A stretch of 64,000 nucleotides of DNA from Kofleriaceae bacterium (GCA_965215005.1 CBDCCZ010000011.1:1-64000); one strand, 5' to 3'; positions 10,218 through 22,914 are shown, counted from the stretch's first letter. Translations and numbers: made by a program. The notes: generated by a model from the sequence alone, not told the origin.

Positions 10218-12206
10218 TCAAGCCTCGGCGCTGTCGACGACCACGAGGAGCTGGTCTGCTTCGACTTGCTCGCCCTCCTGCACCGCCACCTTCGTCACCA
10301 CGCCGTCGGTCGGAGCTCGCACCGCGTGCTCCATCTTCATCGCCTCGAGAATGGCCAATGTATCGCCGGCGCTGACGGCTTCACCCTCTACGGCATTTAG
10401 TTTCACGACCTTGCCGGGCATCGGCGCCACGCAGCCGCCGCTGATCGCTTCCGCCTCGGCGGTGGGAAATTGCGGCAGCTCGATAAGAGTGAGCGCATGA
10501 CCATCGTGTTGCACATGCCAGCGCTCGCCATCGGCAACCACGCGAGTGCGGCGGCGATGGCCGTGCTCATCTTCCCACGTCAGCTCGTGGTCCCGAAGCG
10601 ACACCAGCACCAGGCTCGCACTGTCACCATCGATGTTGAAGCGCAGGCGATTGCCGCCGAGGTTGCGATAGCCAACGTCAAACACTTGGTCGCGCCACCG
10701 GTAGCAGACTTTCTCCTCGGCGCCCGGGTTGTTACGGAAGCCTGGCTCCAGGGTTGGAAGAATTGCGCGGCAGTCGCGGCGTTGTTGATGAGCGACGAGC
10801 GTGGCGGCCATGGCGGCGGTGTTAATCAGCTCCGGCGCCGGCGCGGGCGCTGCGAGCGCTTCGGCATGACGCTCGAGAAAATGCGTGTCGAGGGCGCCGG
10901 CGGCGAAGTCGGGATGGGTGAGCACACGCAGGAGCAGCTCGCGATTGGTCACTAGTCCCTGCACGCTCAGGAGCCGAAGCGCGTGCGTCAACAGCGCGAT
11001 GGCCTCGGCGCGGGTGGGGGCGTAGCTGATGACCTTGGCGAGCATGGGATCGTAATGGATGCCGACCTCGGTCCCCGACTCAACGCCGCTATCGACGCGC
11101 AGGCCGGGAAGGTTGGGCACGTGCCAGTCAACGATACGACCCGCTGCCGGACGGAAGTCGTGCTCGGCATCCTCGGCGTACAGCCGGCACTCGACCGCTG
11201 CGCCGCGCATCGTCAAGTCAGAGACCTCCAGAGGATGCCCTTCGGCGATGCGAATCTGCTCGCGCACCAGATCGAGGCCGGTGACGCACTCGGTGACCGG
11301 GTGCTCGACCTGCAGTCGTGTGTTGACCTCGAGAAAATAGAAGCGTCCATCGGGGGCGAGGATGAATTCAACGGTTCCGGCGCTGTAGTAGCCAACGGCG
11401 CGTCCTACGGCCACCGCGGCGCGTCCCATCTCCTCGCGAAGCGCGGGAGATAGGGCTGGCGAGGGCGACTCTTCGATGATTTTTTGGTGCCGCCGCTGGA
11501 TCGAGCACTCGCGCTCGAACAAGTGAATGATGGAGCCGTGCTGGTCGCCGAGAATCTGAATTTCGACGTGGCGCGGCCGCTCAATGTACTTCTCGACGAG
11601 CAACGTATCGTCGCCAAACGCGCTGGCTGAAACTCGCTTGGCGGAGTCGATGGCGCTCGCTAGCTCCGAGGTGCGATGCACCAAGTACATGCCTTTGCCG
11701 CCGCCGCCGGCGCTGGCCTTGAGCAGCACAGGAAAGCCTATCTTCTCCGCTTCGGCGGCCAACGTGGCCGCATCTTGGGCATTGCCGCCGTACCCCGGAA
11801 TCACCGGAACGCCCGCCTCAGCGACCACTCGCTTGGATTCCTGCTTCGAGCCGAGCAGGCGAATCACCTCGGCCGTGGGACCGATGAAGGTGAGCCCGGC
11901 AGTCGCGCATGCTGCGGCGAAGGCTGAATTCTCGGCCAGGAAACCGTAGCCGGGATGAATCGCATCGGCACCGGTGAGCGCGGCCGCCGCGACGATCTTG
12001 TCTTGCGCCAGGTACGACTCGCTCGCGGCCGGCGGGCCAAGCCGCACCGCCTCGTCGCATGCCCTTACGGCAGGTGCATCGGCGTCGGCATCGGAGAACA
12101 CTGCGACGGTCGCGATGCCCATGCGTCGGCACGTGCCAGCGATGCGCACCGCGATCTCGCCGCGATTCGCGATGAGCACTTTCTCGATCGACTGTCTGCG
12201 CTGCAT
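10218..12206 (-). CDS. Biotin carboxylase / biotin carrier alpha subunit of an acyl-CoA carboxylase (MCC/geranyl-CoA type)
   Basis: KVLIANRGEIA, HPGYGFLAEN, GGGGKGM, ERECSIQRRHQK, EVNTRLQVEHPVTE, and C-terminal EAMKM biotinylation motif. Confidence 0.95.
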   Translation of the reverse strand: MQRRQSIEKVLIANRGEIAVRIAGTCRRMGIATVAVFSDADADAPAVRACDEAVRLGPPAASESYLAQDKIVAAAALTGADAIHPGYGFLAENSAFAAACATAGLTFIGPTAEVIRLLGSKQESKRVVAEAGVPVIPGYGGNAQDAATLAAEAEKIGFPVLLKASAGGGGKGMYLVHRTSELASAIDSAKRVSASAFGDDTLLVEKYIERPRHVEIQILGDQHGSIIHLFERECSIQRRHQKIIEESPSPALSPALREEMGRAAVAVGRAVGYYSAGTVEFILAPDGRFYFLEVNTRLQVEHPVTECVTGLDLVREQIRIAEGHPLEVSDLTMRGAAVECRLYAEDAEHDFRPAAGRIVDWHVPNLPGLRVDSGVESGTEVGIHYDPMLAKVISYAPTRAEAIALLTHALRLLSVQGLVTNRELLLRVLTHPDFAAGALDTHFLERHAEALAAPAPAPELINTAAMAATLVAHQQRRDCRAILPTLEPGFRNNPGAEEKVCYRWRDQVFDVGYRNLGGNRLRFNIDGDSASLVLVSLRDHELTWEDEHGHRRRTRVVADGERWHVQHDGHALTLIELPQFPTAEAEAISGGCVAPMPGKVVKLNAVEGEAVSAGDTLAILEAMKMEHAVRAPTDGVVTKVAVQEGEQVEADQLLVVVDSAEA

Positions 12207-12224
12207 TTGCGTCTTCTTGTCAAA

Positions 12225-13844
<1,620 letters not shown>

Positions 13845-14038
13845 CGCTTGGTCCAAGACGAGAGAAATTCACCACTGACTCGCCGGTCAGTGGAGGACAT
13901 GGTTTCCCGAGCCGCCGACTCGTGTCAACTCCTTGCGGCCTCGTGCGGAGACAACCGGGCCCGCGGCCAGCACGTAGGCGACGTGCCGGTTCTCGCGACG
14001 CTGCGGCTGCACTTGCGGCGGCCGAGCGAGGCGCGCGC

Positions 14039-15166
14039 TCAGCGGAGCTCGGTGAGGGTCAACTTGCGTTTGGAGCGCTTACCGTCGCGGAGCACGACGA
14101 TCTCGACCTCATCGCCGGGCTCGTAGCGATCGAGCACTTGGTACAGATCATCGTAGCTCTCGATCGGAAACTCCTCCATGCCGACGATGACGTCGCCGAT
14201 GAGGACGCCGCGACGGGTGCGCTTGAGCCCCTCGAGCCCAGCGCTGGCGGCGGGACCGCCGGGAACCGCTTCTAGGATGACGACGCCGGCGATGCCGTTG
14301 GCTCGCGCGAGCTCATCGCTCACCAACTCGACACCGAGGCCGGCGCGCATTGGCTTGCCGTGGCGAATGATCTGGGGAACCAGCTTGCGGATGATCTTGA
14401 CTGGAACCGCAAAGCCAATACCGGCGCTCGAGCCGCTGTTCGAGAAGATCATCGTGTTCATGCCGATGAGCTGACCGCGCGCATCGAGCAGCGGCCCACC
14501 GGAGTTGCCGGGATTAATCGAGGCATCGGTTTGGATCATGCCGCGAATGGTGACGCCGCCGAAGCCCTTGACATCACGGCCGAGCGCGCTGATCGCTCCC
14601 ACGGTCAAGGTGTGGTCGAGCCCGAACGGATTGCCGATCGCGAGCGCTTTCTGACCGACCTCGAGCTCCATGTTCTCTGGCGGCAACCGCACTGGCGTGA
14701 GCTTATTGGCCGGCGCGGTGATTTTGAGAACTGCGATGTCCTTGTTGGGATCGCCGCCAACTAGCTCGGCGGCGAAGATGGTGCCGTCCACCAGTGCAAC
14801 CTCGACGGAACGGCTCTGCGCGATCACGTGATAGTTGGTGACGACGTGGCCTTCGGCGTCCCAAATGAAGCCAGTACCCGAGCCCGACGGAACTTCGAGG
14901 GCGCGCATCGACCAGCGGTCGCGAACGACTTGCTTCTGGGTGACGAACACCGTCGCTGGCGACACCGCGCGGAACACATCGATCGAGTTTTGCTCGTATT
15001 CCAAACGCGCTGTGGCGCTCGGTTTGGGCACCTTGGGCGTTGGCGTTGCAGCTTTGGCGAGCGGCGGAGACGGCGCCACTGCCTGAGCGGCAACGGCGGG
15101 GGGCTCTTTGGCTTGAGCATCGCAGGAGGCTGGAACCAGCAGTGCTAGAAGGACAGCGCATCGCAT
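14039..15166 (-). CDS. HtrA/DegP-family trypsin-like serine protease with a single PDZ domain
   Basis: GSGTGFIWD, VTNYHV, DIAVL and IQTDASINPGNSGGPL motifs, C-terminal PDZ, N-terminal signal. Start is approximate. Confidence 0.93.
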   Translation of the reverse strand: MRCAVLLALLVPASCDAQAKEPPAVAAQAVAPSPPLAKAATPTPKVPKPSATARLEYEQNSIDVFRAVSPATVFVTQKQVVRDRWSMRALEVPSGSGTGFIWDAEGHVVTNYHVIAQSRSVEVALVDGTIFAAELVGGDPNKDIAVLKITAPANKLTPVRLPPENMELEVGQKALAIGNPFGLDHTLTVGAISALGRDVKGFGGVTIRGMIQTDASINPGNSGGPLLDARGQLIGMNTMIFSNSGSSAGIGFAVPVKIIRKLVPQIIRHGKPMRAGLGVELVSDELARANGIAGVVILEAVPGGPAASAGLEGLKRTRRGVLIGDVIVGMEEFPIESYDDLYQVLDRYEPGDEVEIVVLRDGKRSKRKLTLTELR

Positions 15167-15268
15167 GACGCTGAGTTTAACGAGTCCAGCGTCGCAAGGC
15201 ACGCCTGGCCGAGGCCGTCGACTCACTCCGTAATCCGCGTAAGCCCTGCCGTCGCGGTTGCGGCCCGA

Positions 15269-15754
15269 TTACAGCAGCAGCGTGAGGCGTGGGCGGTCGG
15301 CCGCGGGTGCCGGCCCGGCCGCAGCCCAGTGACTGAAGTCGGTGATCCAGCTGTCGAGGTCGATGCCGCAATACGGCGAGCCCGCCGCCTGCTTGGCCGC
15401 ATGCAAGTGTTCGATTGCGGTGCTTGCCAGACTCGCAGCCCCGCGCGGCTGCTCGCAGCGCATCTTGAGAGCGGCGGCGGCGCATTGAATGAGCCCTTGC
15501 AGGAGTGAGCGCGTTGGGCTCGGCCGCGCCGCCTGTTTCCACAGCTCTTCCCACGCCTCGTGAGCCTCCCAGAAAAAGCCTTCGTTGTAGAGATCCACGC
15601 CCCACAAGAAGCCGCGACTCGCTTGCCATTGCCCGGCTTCGAGCGGCGACGACGGCTCGCGTGCATCTTGCTGCGGTCTCGTCGACGGGTGCGGCATCGT
15701 TCCCGGCAGGTAGGCGCGCTTGGGCAGCGGTAGGTCGGTGAGATAGCGAGGCAC
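15269..15754 (-). CDS. DUF309 family protein
   Basis: GVDLYNEGFFWEAHEAWEELW...LLQGLIQ motif. Confidence 0.85.
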   Translation of the reverse strand: MPRYLTDLPLPKRAYLPGTMPHPSTRPQQDAREPSSPLEAGQWQASRGFLWGVDLYNEGFFWEAHEAWEELWKQAARPSPTRSLLQGLIQCAAAALKMRCEQPRGAASLASTAIEHLHAAKQAAGSPYCGIDLDSWITDFSHWAAAGPAPAADRPRLTLLL

Positions 15755-15843
15755 CGCGATAGGCTAGTGCAGAGCGGCGCCGAGCAGCTCGCAAATCCTA
15801 TCGTGTTAGTGTCGGAGCACGCCGCGTAGCCAAACGGAGACTC

Positions 15844-16788
15844 ATGGCCAAGCCCCTCGAGTACAACGCGACCCTCGCCGAGCGCATCGACCTCACCGAT
15901 TCGCTGAGCCTGTTTCGGGTGCTCCCCGACGAGCAACCTTCCGAGGAGGGCGCATGGTTCACGCCTGGCCAGTATTTGGTCCTCGGCATGAACAACGCCG
16001 CCCAACCCGAGCTCGGCTCGGTGCGGCGCGCGATGTCGATTGCTTCGGCGCCCGAGGACCGAGGACCCCTGGAGTTCTACATCCGCTACGTTGCCAAGCC
16101 CGAGTCCGACAATCCGCTCACTCACCTACTTTGGAAGCTCAAAGCCGGCGACCGCATGTACATGCGCATGCACGCGACCGGTAAGTTCACGCTGCGCGAT
16201 TCGGTTGGCGAAGGCGATCCGCGGCTGAAGATTCTCGTTGCTGCTGGAACCGGTTCGGCGCCGTTCGTGTCGATCGCCCGCAGCGAGATGTGGCGCGATC
16301 CTGCCGCCGACTTGTCGCGACTGGTGCTGCTACACGGCGCCTCCTACCCGGCGGATCTGGGCCATCGCGATGAGCTGCTCGGCTTCGTCGCGACCAATGG
16401 CCTGCGCTATTGGGGTACGGTGAGTCGACCGCAAGAGACACCGGACTGGGTCGGCGACGTTGGGCGGGTCGAGGACTACTTTCGCGCCGACCGCCTCGAG
16501 GAGCTGGAAAATCGGCTCGGCTTGGCACCCGGCGGGCTCACTCCCAACCGCGCCGTCGTCTTCGTGTGCGGCCTCAACGGCACCATTGCGCGCTGCATCG
16601 AGCGATTGGTACCGCGCGGGTTCATTCCCGATCATCGCCGCATACGCAAAGCTCTCGAGGTACCGGAGGACGCGGCGGCATCCCTCTTCTTCGAGCAATA
16701 TGACACCACGCCCGTCATCGATATCAAGGATGCCTCGGTGGTTGGGCCGCTGCGCGATCAGCTCCACGCAGCGCTGGCGACGCTATGA
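15844..16788 (+). CDS. Ferredoxin/flavodoxin-NADP+ reductase-like protein
   Basis: FTPGQY, RRAMSIAS, AAGTGSAPF, VFVCG and FFEQY motifs; GGAGA RBS. Confidence 0.85.
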   Translation: MAKPLEYNATLAERIDLTDSLSLFRVLPDEQPSEEGAWFTPGQYLVLGMNNAAQPELGSVRRAMSIASAPEDRGPLEFYIRYVAKPESDNPLTHLLWKLKAGDRMYMRMHATGKFTLRDSVGEGDPRLKILVAAGTGSAPFVSIARSEMWRDPAADLSRLVLLHGASYPADLGHRDELLGFVATNGLRYWGTVSRPQETPDWVGDVGRVEDYFRADRLEELENRLGLAPGGLTPNRAVVFVCGLNGTIARCIERLVPRGFIPDHRRIRKALEVPEDAAASLFFEQYDTTPVIDIKDASVVGPLRDQLHAALATL

Positions 16789-17501
16789 CCACGCGCGATA
16801 TGCCGGTGGCCTTCGTCGCTGGCGCCACCGGATACGTTGGCCGCGAGGTCGTGCGACAGCTCGGCGCTAGCGGCACCGCGTCGGTGGTGGCGCATGTCCG
16901 CCCCGACTCGAGCCGGCTGTCGGAATGGCAGCAGCGGTTTGCCGCGATGGGCGCCGCCGTCGACACCAGCAGCTGGGAGCCCAAGGCACTTCGGGAGGCG
17001 CTGGCGCAGCATTCACCGCAGTGGGTTTTCGCGCTCATCGGCACGACCAAGCAACGCGCCAACGCAGAGGGAATCGCGGCGCCCTACCAAAGTGTCGATT
17101 ACGGACTCACCAAGCTACTGGTCGATGCCGTGGTAGCGGCCGGTGTCTCGTCGCGATTTGTGTATCTATCGTCGGTCGGGGCTTCGGCCACGAGCCGCAG
17201 TGCCTATTTGCAAGCTCGCTGGCAGGCCGAGCAAGCGGTTCGCGACAGCGGAGCTCGCTTCACGATCGCACGTCCCTCGTTCATCACCGGTGCCGACCGC
17301 GACGATGATCGATGGGGTGAGCGGCTGATGGCGCGGGTGACGAGCGGCGCTCTAGGAGTCGCAGGAATGCTCGGCGCAACCACACTCCGCGACCGCTATC
17401 GGCCTACCACCAACGTCGCGCTCGCGGCCGCGTTGATTCGCTTGGCGCGCGACCCCAGCGCCGAGGGCGCAACGCTCGAGTCGGAAGCGCTGCACGGCTG
17501 A
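16785..17501 (+). CDS. NAD(P)-binding Rossmann protein (atypical SDR, TIP30/YraR-like)
   Basis: VAGATGYVG, IGTT, VDY, YLSSVGA and RPSFI motifs; ATGA overlap. Confidence 0.85.
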   Translation: MTTRDMPVAFVAGATGYVGREVVRQLGASGTASVVAHVRPDSSRLSEWQQRFAAMGAAVDTSSWEPKALREALAQHSPQWVFALIGTTKQRANAEGIAAPYQSVDYGLTKLLVDAVVAAGVSSRFVYLSSVGASATSRSAYLQARWQAEQAVRDSGARFTIARPSFITGADRDDDRWGERLMARVTSGALGVAGMLGATTLRDRYRPTTNVALAAALIRLARDPSAEGATLESEALHG

Positions 17502-17505
17502 GCAG

Positions 17506-20334
17506 TCAACGCGCGGCCAGCCAAGACTCGACTAGCTCGGCGCTTTCGGTGTCGCCCAGTTGGCGAAACTGAGTGCGGGCGCGCCGCGCCAGCTCGAGGG
17601 CCTTGCCGCGCTCACTGCCGAGCTGCCAACGAGCCTGGGCGTGCGACCAAACCAGCTGAGCGGCGAGCTCCGGCGCCAGTGCAGCGGTTGCCTCGATCGC
17701 TAGGCCGCGCTCGGCCGCGTCGGCCGCCTCATCGGCACGCCCAGCCGCCAGGGCCGACACCGCCAGGGCGCTCAGCGACGCCGCCACCAGCGGATGCGTC
17801 GCCCCAAGCGCCTTCTCGCGCAGCGCGAGTGCTCTGCGAAAGTACGGCAGCGCTTCCGCATCTCGACCTTCCACGGTGTAGGTGGCACCGATGTTGTTGA
17901 GGGCGTACGCGAGGTCGGGATGGTCTTCGCCGTTGAGCGCTTCGGCCGCTGCCAGCGCTCGCAGTAAGTACGGGCGCGCTTCGGCGATGCGACCGAGCCT
18001 TCCCAACGTCGAGCCTACCGACTGCGCAGTTTGCACCACCAACGGATGATCGGCGCCCAATAGCTCCTGCCGCATCGCTAGCGACTGCTGATACATCTCT
18101 AGTGCCGATTCATCGTCGCCAAGGCCGCCGTATGCGTAACCGAGCGTGTAGAGGGCGTGGGAAACATCAGGATGCTCATCGCCCACGACCTCGCGAGTGA
18201 TTTGCAACGCGCGCTCGGCTTCCTCGAGCGCTCCCTGCGCATCGCCTGCCATGCGTAGCCCCTGCGATAGATTGCTGCGCGCGCGCGCCACTTCCTGGCT
18301 GCTTTCGCCCACCGCCTCGATGTAGAGCGGAATGCTGGCGCGATACTCGCTTACTGCTTCTGCGTACTTGCCTTGTGAGAACAGCAGCGTGCCTACGGCG
18401 CTGGCCAGCTCGGCACGCAGCTGCGGCGCATCGCCTGCGCGCTTGACCGCCGCCTCGGCGGCGGGACGCTGTAGCAGCGCCTCATCGACTTGCGCTTGTG
18501 CTTGTTTGAGGAACAGCAGCTGGATCCACGCATTGGCCACCAGCTCGTCGTCGGCTGCTGCGGCGGCGATGGGCAGCGCGCGGTTGAGCACTGCCTCTGC
18601 TTCGGCGCTGCGGCCAAGGGCGCTCTCCAGCATCGCCAGCTGAAACATGATCGTGGCCCGCAGCGGCGGAAACGCGAGCTCCTCGGTGGTCTTCAGCAGC
18701 TGCAAGTTGGCAGCGTAGGCGGTTTCGTAGCGGCCGAGGCGGCTCTCCGCCTCTACCTCGCTCATGCGACTCCACAGCGACTCGATGACCGCACGCTGCT
18801 GTGGGTCGTCGGGAGGGGGGAAGCGGCTCGCGACGAAGCTGGTATCCGCGCAGCTGGAAATCTGGCCAAGGTTCGCGGCGGCGGTGGTCGCGCGTTCCAT
18901 CACAGTTGCATCGACGGTACTCGTTAGCACGCGCGCCAACGCTCGAACTTCATCGAGGCGGCGATCGAGGCAGCTCATGCGCATGTCGAGGAGCTGCGAC
19001 GATTGCGTGCCGCGCACGTTGGTGGCCTCGCAGGTTGCCCGGTGCATTTGGCTCCAGCGATCGGTGTAGGCATCGAGGCTCCTCTGCACCCGCTCGAACG
19101 TCGGCATCGCATAAGGCACGTCGCTAGCCGCCATCGACTGGCGTACACGCTCAGCGACGTCGGCGTCCCAGACCCCGACCAGACGATCGCTTGCATCGCC
19201 ACACGATGCGGCAGGTTGTCTGCTAGCCAACACCAGCGCAGTCGCGGCAACGATGCTCACGGCACTCGTCGCGGCCACCCATCGCTTCCACGCCGTCGGC
19301 TCGCGCTCGAGCACGGCCAGAAGCGGCGCCAGCGACGGAAAGCGCTCGCTCGGGTCGCGCGCCAGCGCCTTGATGAGAGCGCGACGCAGTCGGCGCGGCA
19401 TACCGCGGCGCTTGGGTAGCGTGTCCAGCCCCTGCAGTACGCGCTCTCGTAGACGATTGCGGCTCTTGGCGCGGAACGGCCGCTCGCCAAACAGGGCCTC
19501 ATAGAGCACGACCGCAAAGCTGTATTGATCGGTTCTGTGATCGACGGCAAGCGCCAGATACTGCTCTGGAGCCATGTAGCCGGGGGTTCCGACGATGGAG
19601 CCCGCCTGCGTGAGCGGCGAGTGCAGAAGGTCGTCGGAGCGGGCATCGGACGACGGCTCGTCCTCGGAGTCAGCCGAGCCGGTGTCGAGCGTGTCTGCGC
19701 TCGATTGCGGCGCGCGCGCCAAGCCAAAGTCGATGACCCGCACCCGGCCATCCTCGCCTATCAGTATGTTGGCCGGCTTGATATCGCGATGGACGAGCCC
19801 GGCGGCGTGGGCCGCTTGCAGCCCACGGCCAGCAGCGGCGAGCATGCGCAAGACGTCTCGAAGTGGTGGCTTGGTGCGCGTTAGCCAAGTCCGCAGCGTT
19901 TCGCCGGGCGCGAGCTCCATCGCCACGAAAACGTCGCCGTCGTGAAAGCCCGCGTCGAACACTGCAATGACATTTGGATGTGAGAGCTGCGCCAAAGCCT
20001 GCGCTTCACGCAGCAGCCGAGTACGCGCGCGCTCATCGGCGCCCGTGAGGCGATGCAGCTTGAGCGCGATGCTCCGACCGAGCTCGGGATCGACCGCTTG
20101 GTAGACGACGCCCATGCCGCCTTCGCCGAGGACACCCGCGATTCGGTAGCGGCCGACGCGGCTGCCCGGCGCTAGATACGGTTCAGCCGGCTCTTGGGCG
20201 CCGCTGGTGCGCGTGGCGACATCCGCTGCGGCGGCCGCTGGCACACGCCAGGGAACATCCGCTTTGGTGACGCGCTCATCGGGGTTTGGCGCATCGAGGC
20301 TATCGCTGTCGCTCTCGGCTCTCCGCTCACCCAC
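17506..20334 (-). CDS. Membrane Ser/Thr protein kinase with C-terminal TPR repeats
   Basis: LGEGGMGVVY, ALK, HRDIKPAN, DFGLA and GTPGYMAPE motifs, one TM segment, and GxxHP-type TPR repeats. Confidence 0.95.
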   Translation of the reverse strand: MGERRAESDSDSLDAPNPDERVTKADVPWRVPAAAAADVATRTSGAQEPAEPYLAPGSRVGRYRIAGVLGEGGMGVVYQAVDPELGRSIALKLHRLTGADERARTRLLREAQALAQLSHPNVIAVFDAGFHDGDVFVAMELAPGETLRTWLTRTKPPLRDVLRMLAAAGRGLQAAHAAGLVHRDIKPANILIGEDGRVRVIDFGLARAPQSSADTLDTGSADSEDEPSSDARSDDLLHSPLTQAGSIVGTPGYMAPEQYLALAVDHRTDQYSFAVVLYEALFGERPFRAKSRNRLRERVLQGLDTLPKRRGMPRRLRRALIKALARDPSERFPSLAPLLAVLEREPTAWKRWVAATSAVSIVAATALVLASRQPAASCGDASDRLVGVWDADVAERVRQSMAASDVPYAMPTFERVQRSLDAYTDRWSQMHRATCEATNVRGTQSSQLLDMRMSCLDRRLDEVRALARVLTSTVDATVMERATTAAANLGQISSCADTSFVASRFPPPDDPQQRAVIESLWSRMSEVEAESRLGRYETAYAANLQLLKTTEELAFPPLRATIMFQLAMLESALGRSAEAEAVLNRALPIAAAAADDELVANAWIQLLFLKQAQAQVDEALLQRPAAEAAVKRAGDAPQLRAELASAVGTLLFSQGKYAEAVSEYRASIPLYIEAVGESSQEVARARSNLSQGLRMAGDAQGALEEAERALQITREVVGDEHPDVSHALYTLGYAYGGLGDDESALEMYQQSLAMRQELLGADHPLVVQTAQSVGSTLGRLGRIAEARPYLLRALAAAEALNGEDHPDLAYALNNIGATYTVEGRDAEALPYFRRALALREKALGATHPLVAASLSALAVSALAAGRADEAADAAERGLAIEATAALAPELAAQLVWSHAQARWQLGSERGKALELARRARTQFRQLGDTESAELVESWLAAR

Positions 20335-20503
20335 TGCTTCATGCTAGCGGCTTCTAAGCCGCTTCCCTAGCCGAATCAATCGGTAGGCAGGGGTGGTGCG
20401 ATGTCTACAATGGGCGCTCGTGAGTGGGCATCGTCGACACCGCCGGAGTATGCTGCCGAGCCGTGATCGTTAGCTACCTAACTATCGGGTTTCGGCCGAT
20501 CGA

Positions 20504-22015
20504 ATGCGTCACCTGCGAGCGGGTATGACAGCGCCCACGGAGCTCGCCGATGTCACGGATCGTTGGCTGTTGCGCGCGCCCGCACTGGTTCTGGTGGCGG
20601 CGATGCGACGGCGCGAGCTATCGCCCGTGGAGCTCGTAGAGGCGCACATCGCGCGTCTGCAGGCGATCAATCCGCTGCTGAATGCACTGATCGCGCAGCG
20701 TTTCGATGCAGCTCGTCGAGAGGCGCGAGCGGCCGAGGAACTACTCATGCGCGAGCGCGATCCTCACGCGCTACCGCCGCTGTTTGGCTTGCCGTGCACC
20801 ATCAAAGAGTTCTTCGCCGTCGAGGGCATGCCCAACACCGGTGGTCTGCTCGCGCGCCGCGACGTGCGCGCGCAAAACGACGCAACGGTCACCAGCCGAC
20901 TGCGGCAGGCGGGGGCGATTGTGCTCGGCGTGAGCAACGTTCCCGAAGGCGGCATGTGGATGGAGACGTCCAACAAGATCTGGGGGCGGACCAACAATCC
21001 GTGGGATCTGTCGCGCACCGCCGGCGGCTCCAGTGGTGGCGAAGCAGCGCTGCTCGCCGCCAGTGGCGCAACGTTTGGTGTGGGCTCTGATATCGCCGGC
21101 TCGATACGAATCCCCGCGGCGTTCTGCGGAATCGTTGGTCACAAGCCAACCGGTCGGATGGTGCCAAACACTGGCCAGTGGGGCTGGGATCGCAACCTCG
21201 AGCGTTCGACCTTCTTGACCCCTGGGCCCATGGGGCGCTGTGTGCGCGACCTTCGCGCCATTCTCGAGGTCATCGCTGGGCCCGATGGCATCGATCCGCA
21301 TACCCGCCATATTCGACTTCAGCGCGCCGACAGCGACGATCTGCGCGGCGTCACGGTGTATGCATTGGAAAGCAACGGCGTGCATTACGTGGCGCCGGTG
21401 CTGCGGCAGCAGATCCGTCTGGCGGCGGCAGCGTTAGGCCGGCGCGGCGCCGAGGTTCGCCAGCTGCCCCCTCATCGGCTCGGCCAGAGCTTTGCCATCT
21501 GGGCGCGCGCCATGGAAGAAGCCGGCGTCGGTGGACCGAGCTTTGCGGAGATCCTCGGCGATGGCGAGCGCATCGAGCTCGGTTGGGAAGCGGCGCGCAT
21601 GCTGCTGGGACGCGCCCGCGTCACCTTTCCAGCGTTGGCGCTCGCGGTGTTGCAGCGGGTGAGCGCGGGCCTGCCTCCTCGTTTCGCGGCCAGGATACCG
21701 ACCCGTCACGCGCTTCTCGAGGAGGTCGAGGATGCGCTGGGAGAGCGCGGCATTCTTCTGTATCCGCCGTTTAGCCAACCGGCGCCGCGCCACGGAATCG
21801 CGCTGTTGCGGCCGCTCGATTTCGTCTACACGGGGATCTTCAGCATCTTGGAGTTGCCGGTGACTCAGGTGCCCACGGGCTTCGATGCGCGCGGGTTGCC
21901 AGTGGGGGTGCAGGTGGCCAGTCGCCGCGGTGGCGATGGCCTAACTCTCGCCGTCGCCGAGGCACTCGAGCAAGAGTTTGGCGGCTGGGTTCCCGCTGAG
22001 CCGCGCGCGCGATGA
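20504..22015 (+). CDS. Amidase signature family protein (FAAH2-like)
   Basis: GLPCTIKE, TNNPWD, AGGSSGGEA and GSDIAGSIRIPAAFCG motifs. Alternative start at 20525. Confidence 0.93.
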   Translation: MRHLRAGMTAPTELADVTDRWLLRAPALVLVAAMRRRELSPVELVEAHIARLQAINPLLNALIAQRFDAARREARAAEELLMRERDPHALPPLFGLPCTIKEFFAVEGMPNTGGLLARRDVRAQNDATVTSRLRQAGAIVLGVSNVPEGGMWMETSNKIWGRTNNPWDLSRTAGGSSGGEAALLAASGATFGVGSDIAGSIRIPAAFCGIVGHKPTGRMVPNTGQWGWDRNLERSTFLTPGPMGRCVRDLRAILEVIAGPDGIDPHTRHIRLQRADSDDLRGVTVYALESNGVHYVAPVLRQQIRLAAAALGRRGAEVRQLPPHRLGQSFAIWARAMEEAGVGGPSFAEILGDGERIELGWEAARMLLGRARVTFPALALAVLQRVSAGLPPRFAARIPTRHALLEEVEDALGERGILLYPPFSQPAPRHGIALLRPLDFVYTGIFSILELPVTQVPTGFDARGLPVGVQVASRRGGDGLTLAVAEALEQEFGGWVPAEPRAR

Positions 22016-22914
22016 GCGACTGGGGACAACGAGCTGGCGAGCTGGCGGCGCTGGGCACCGCGAGCTGTTGGGCGATTTCGGCACTGTGCTTTGAGAGTGC
22101 AGGGCGCCGCATCGGCTCGCTGGCGGTGAACTTTTTGCGGCTTTGGGTGGCAGTGGCGCTGCTATCGGCACTGTCATGGATGCTGCGTGCGAGTGCCTTG
22201 CCCACCGACGCCAGCGCTCAGGCGTGGCTGTGGCTCGGCCTGTCGGGGATTGTCGGGTTGGTGCTCGGCGATATGTGCCTGTTTCGCGCGCTGCTCCTGG
22301 TCGGAACACGACTTTGCACCTTGATGATGTCGCTGGTGCCGATCATGATCGCGGCTCTTGGCTGGCTCATTCTCGGCGAAGGTATGTCGTGGCTGCATCT
22401 CTTCGGCATGTCGCTCACCGTCGCTGGCATCGTGCTCGCCGTGACCGAGCGCGCGCCGGCGACGCCGAAGACCGCCGCGCGCGATATGCGTCGAGGCGTG
22501 CCACTGGCGCTAGGAGGTGCGTTTGGGCAAGCCGCCGGACTGGTGCTCAGCAAGCTCGGCATGGGCGACTATCATCCAGTGGCGGCGACGCAGATCCGCA
22601 TCATCGCCGGCGCGCTGGGATTTACCGTGCTGGTGACCCTAGTGAGATGGTGGCCGCGGATAGGAGCGGCTCTCCGACAACCGGCAGGCTTGAAGTACAC
22701 GAGCCTCGGCGCGATCTTTGGGCCCTTTCTCGGCGTCACGTTGTCTCTCGTGGCCATCCAGCGCACTCACGCCGGCGTTGCTGCCAGTATCATGGCCACA
22801 ACGCCCATTCTCATCATACCGATTGCGGCGATCTGGCATGGCGATCGCGCCGGGCCACGGGGCATCACCGGTGCTGTGATGGCCGTGGCGGGCGTGTGTT
22901 TGTTGTTTTTGTGA
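22012..22914 (+). CDS. DMT/EamA family transporter
   Basis: About 10 hydrophobic segments arranged in two EamA-like halves; ATGA overlap with the amidase. Confidence 0.88.
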   Translation: MSDWGQRAGELAALGTASCWAISALCFESAGRRIGSLAVNFLRLWVAVALLSALSWMLRASALPTDASAQAWLWLGLSGIVGLVLGDMCLFRALLLVGTRLCTLMMSLVPIMIAALGWLILGEGMSWLHLFGMSLTVAGIVLAVTERAPATPKTAARDMRRGVPLALGGAFGQAAGLVLSKLGMGDYHPVAATQIRIIAGALGFTVLVTLVRWWPRIGAALRQPAGLKYTSLGAIFGPFLGVTLSLVAIQRTHAGVAASIMATTPILIIPIAAIWHGDRAGPRGITGAVMAVAGVCLLFL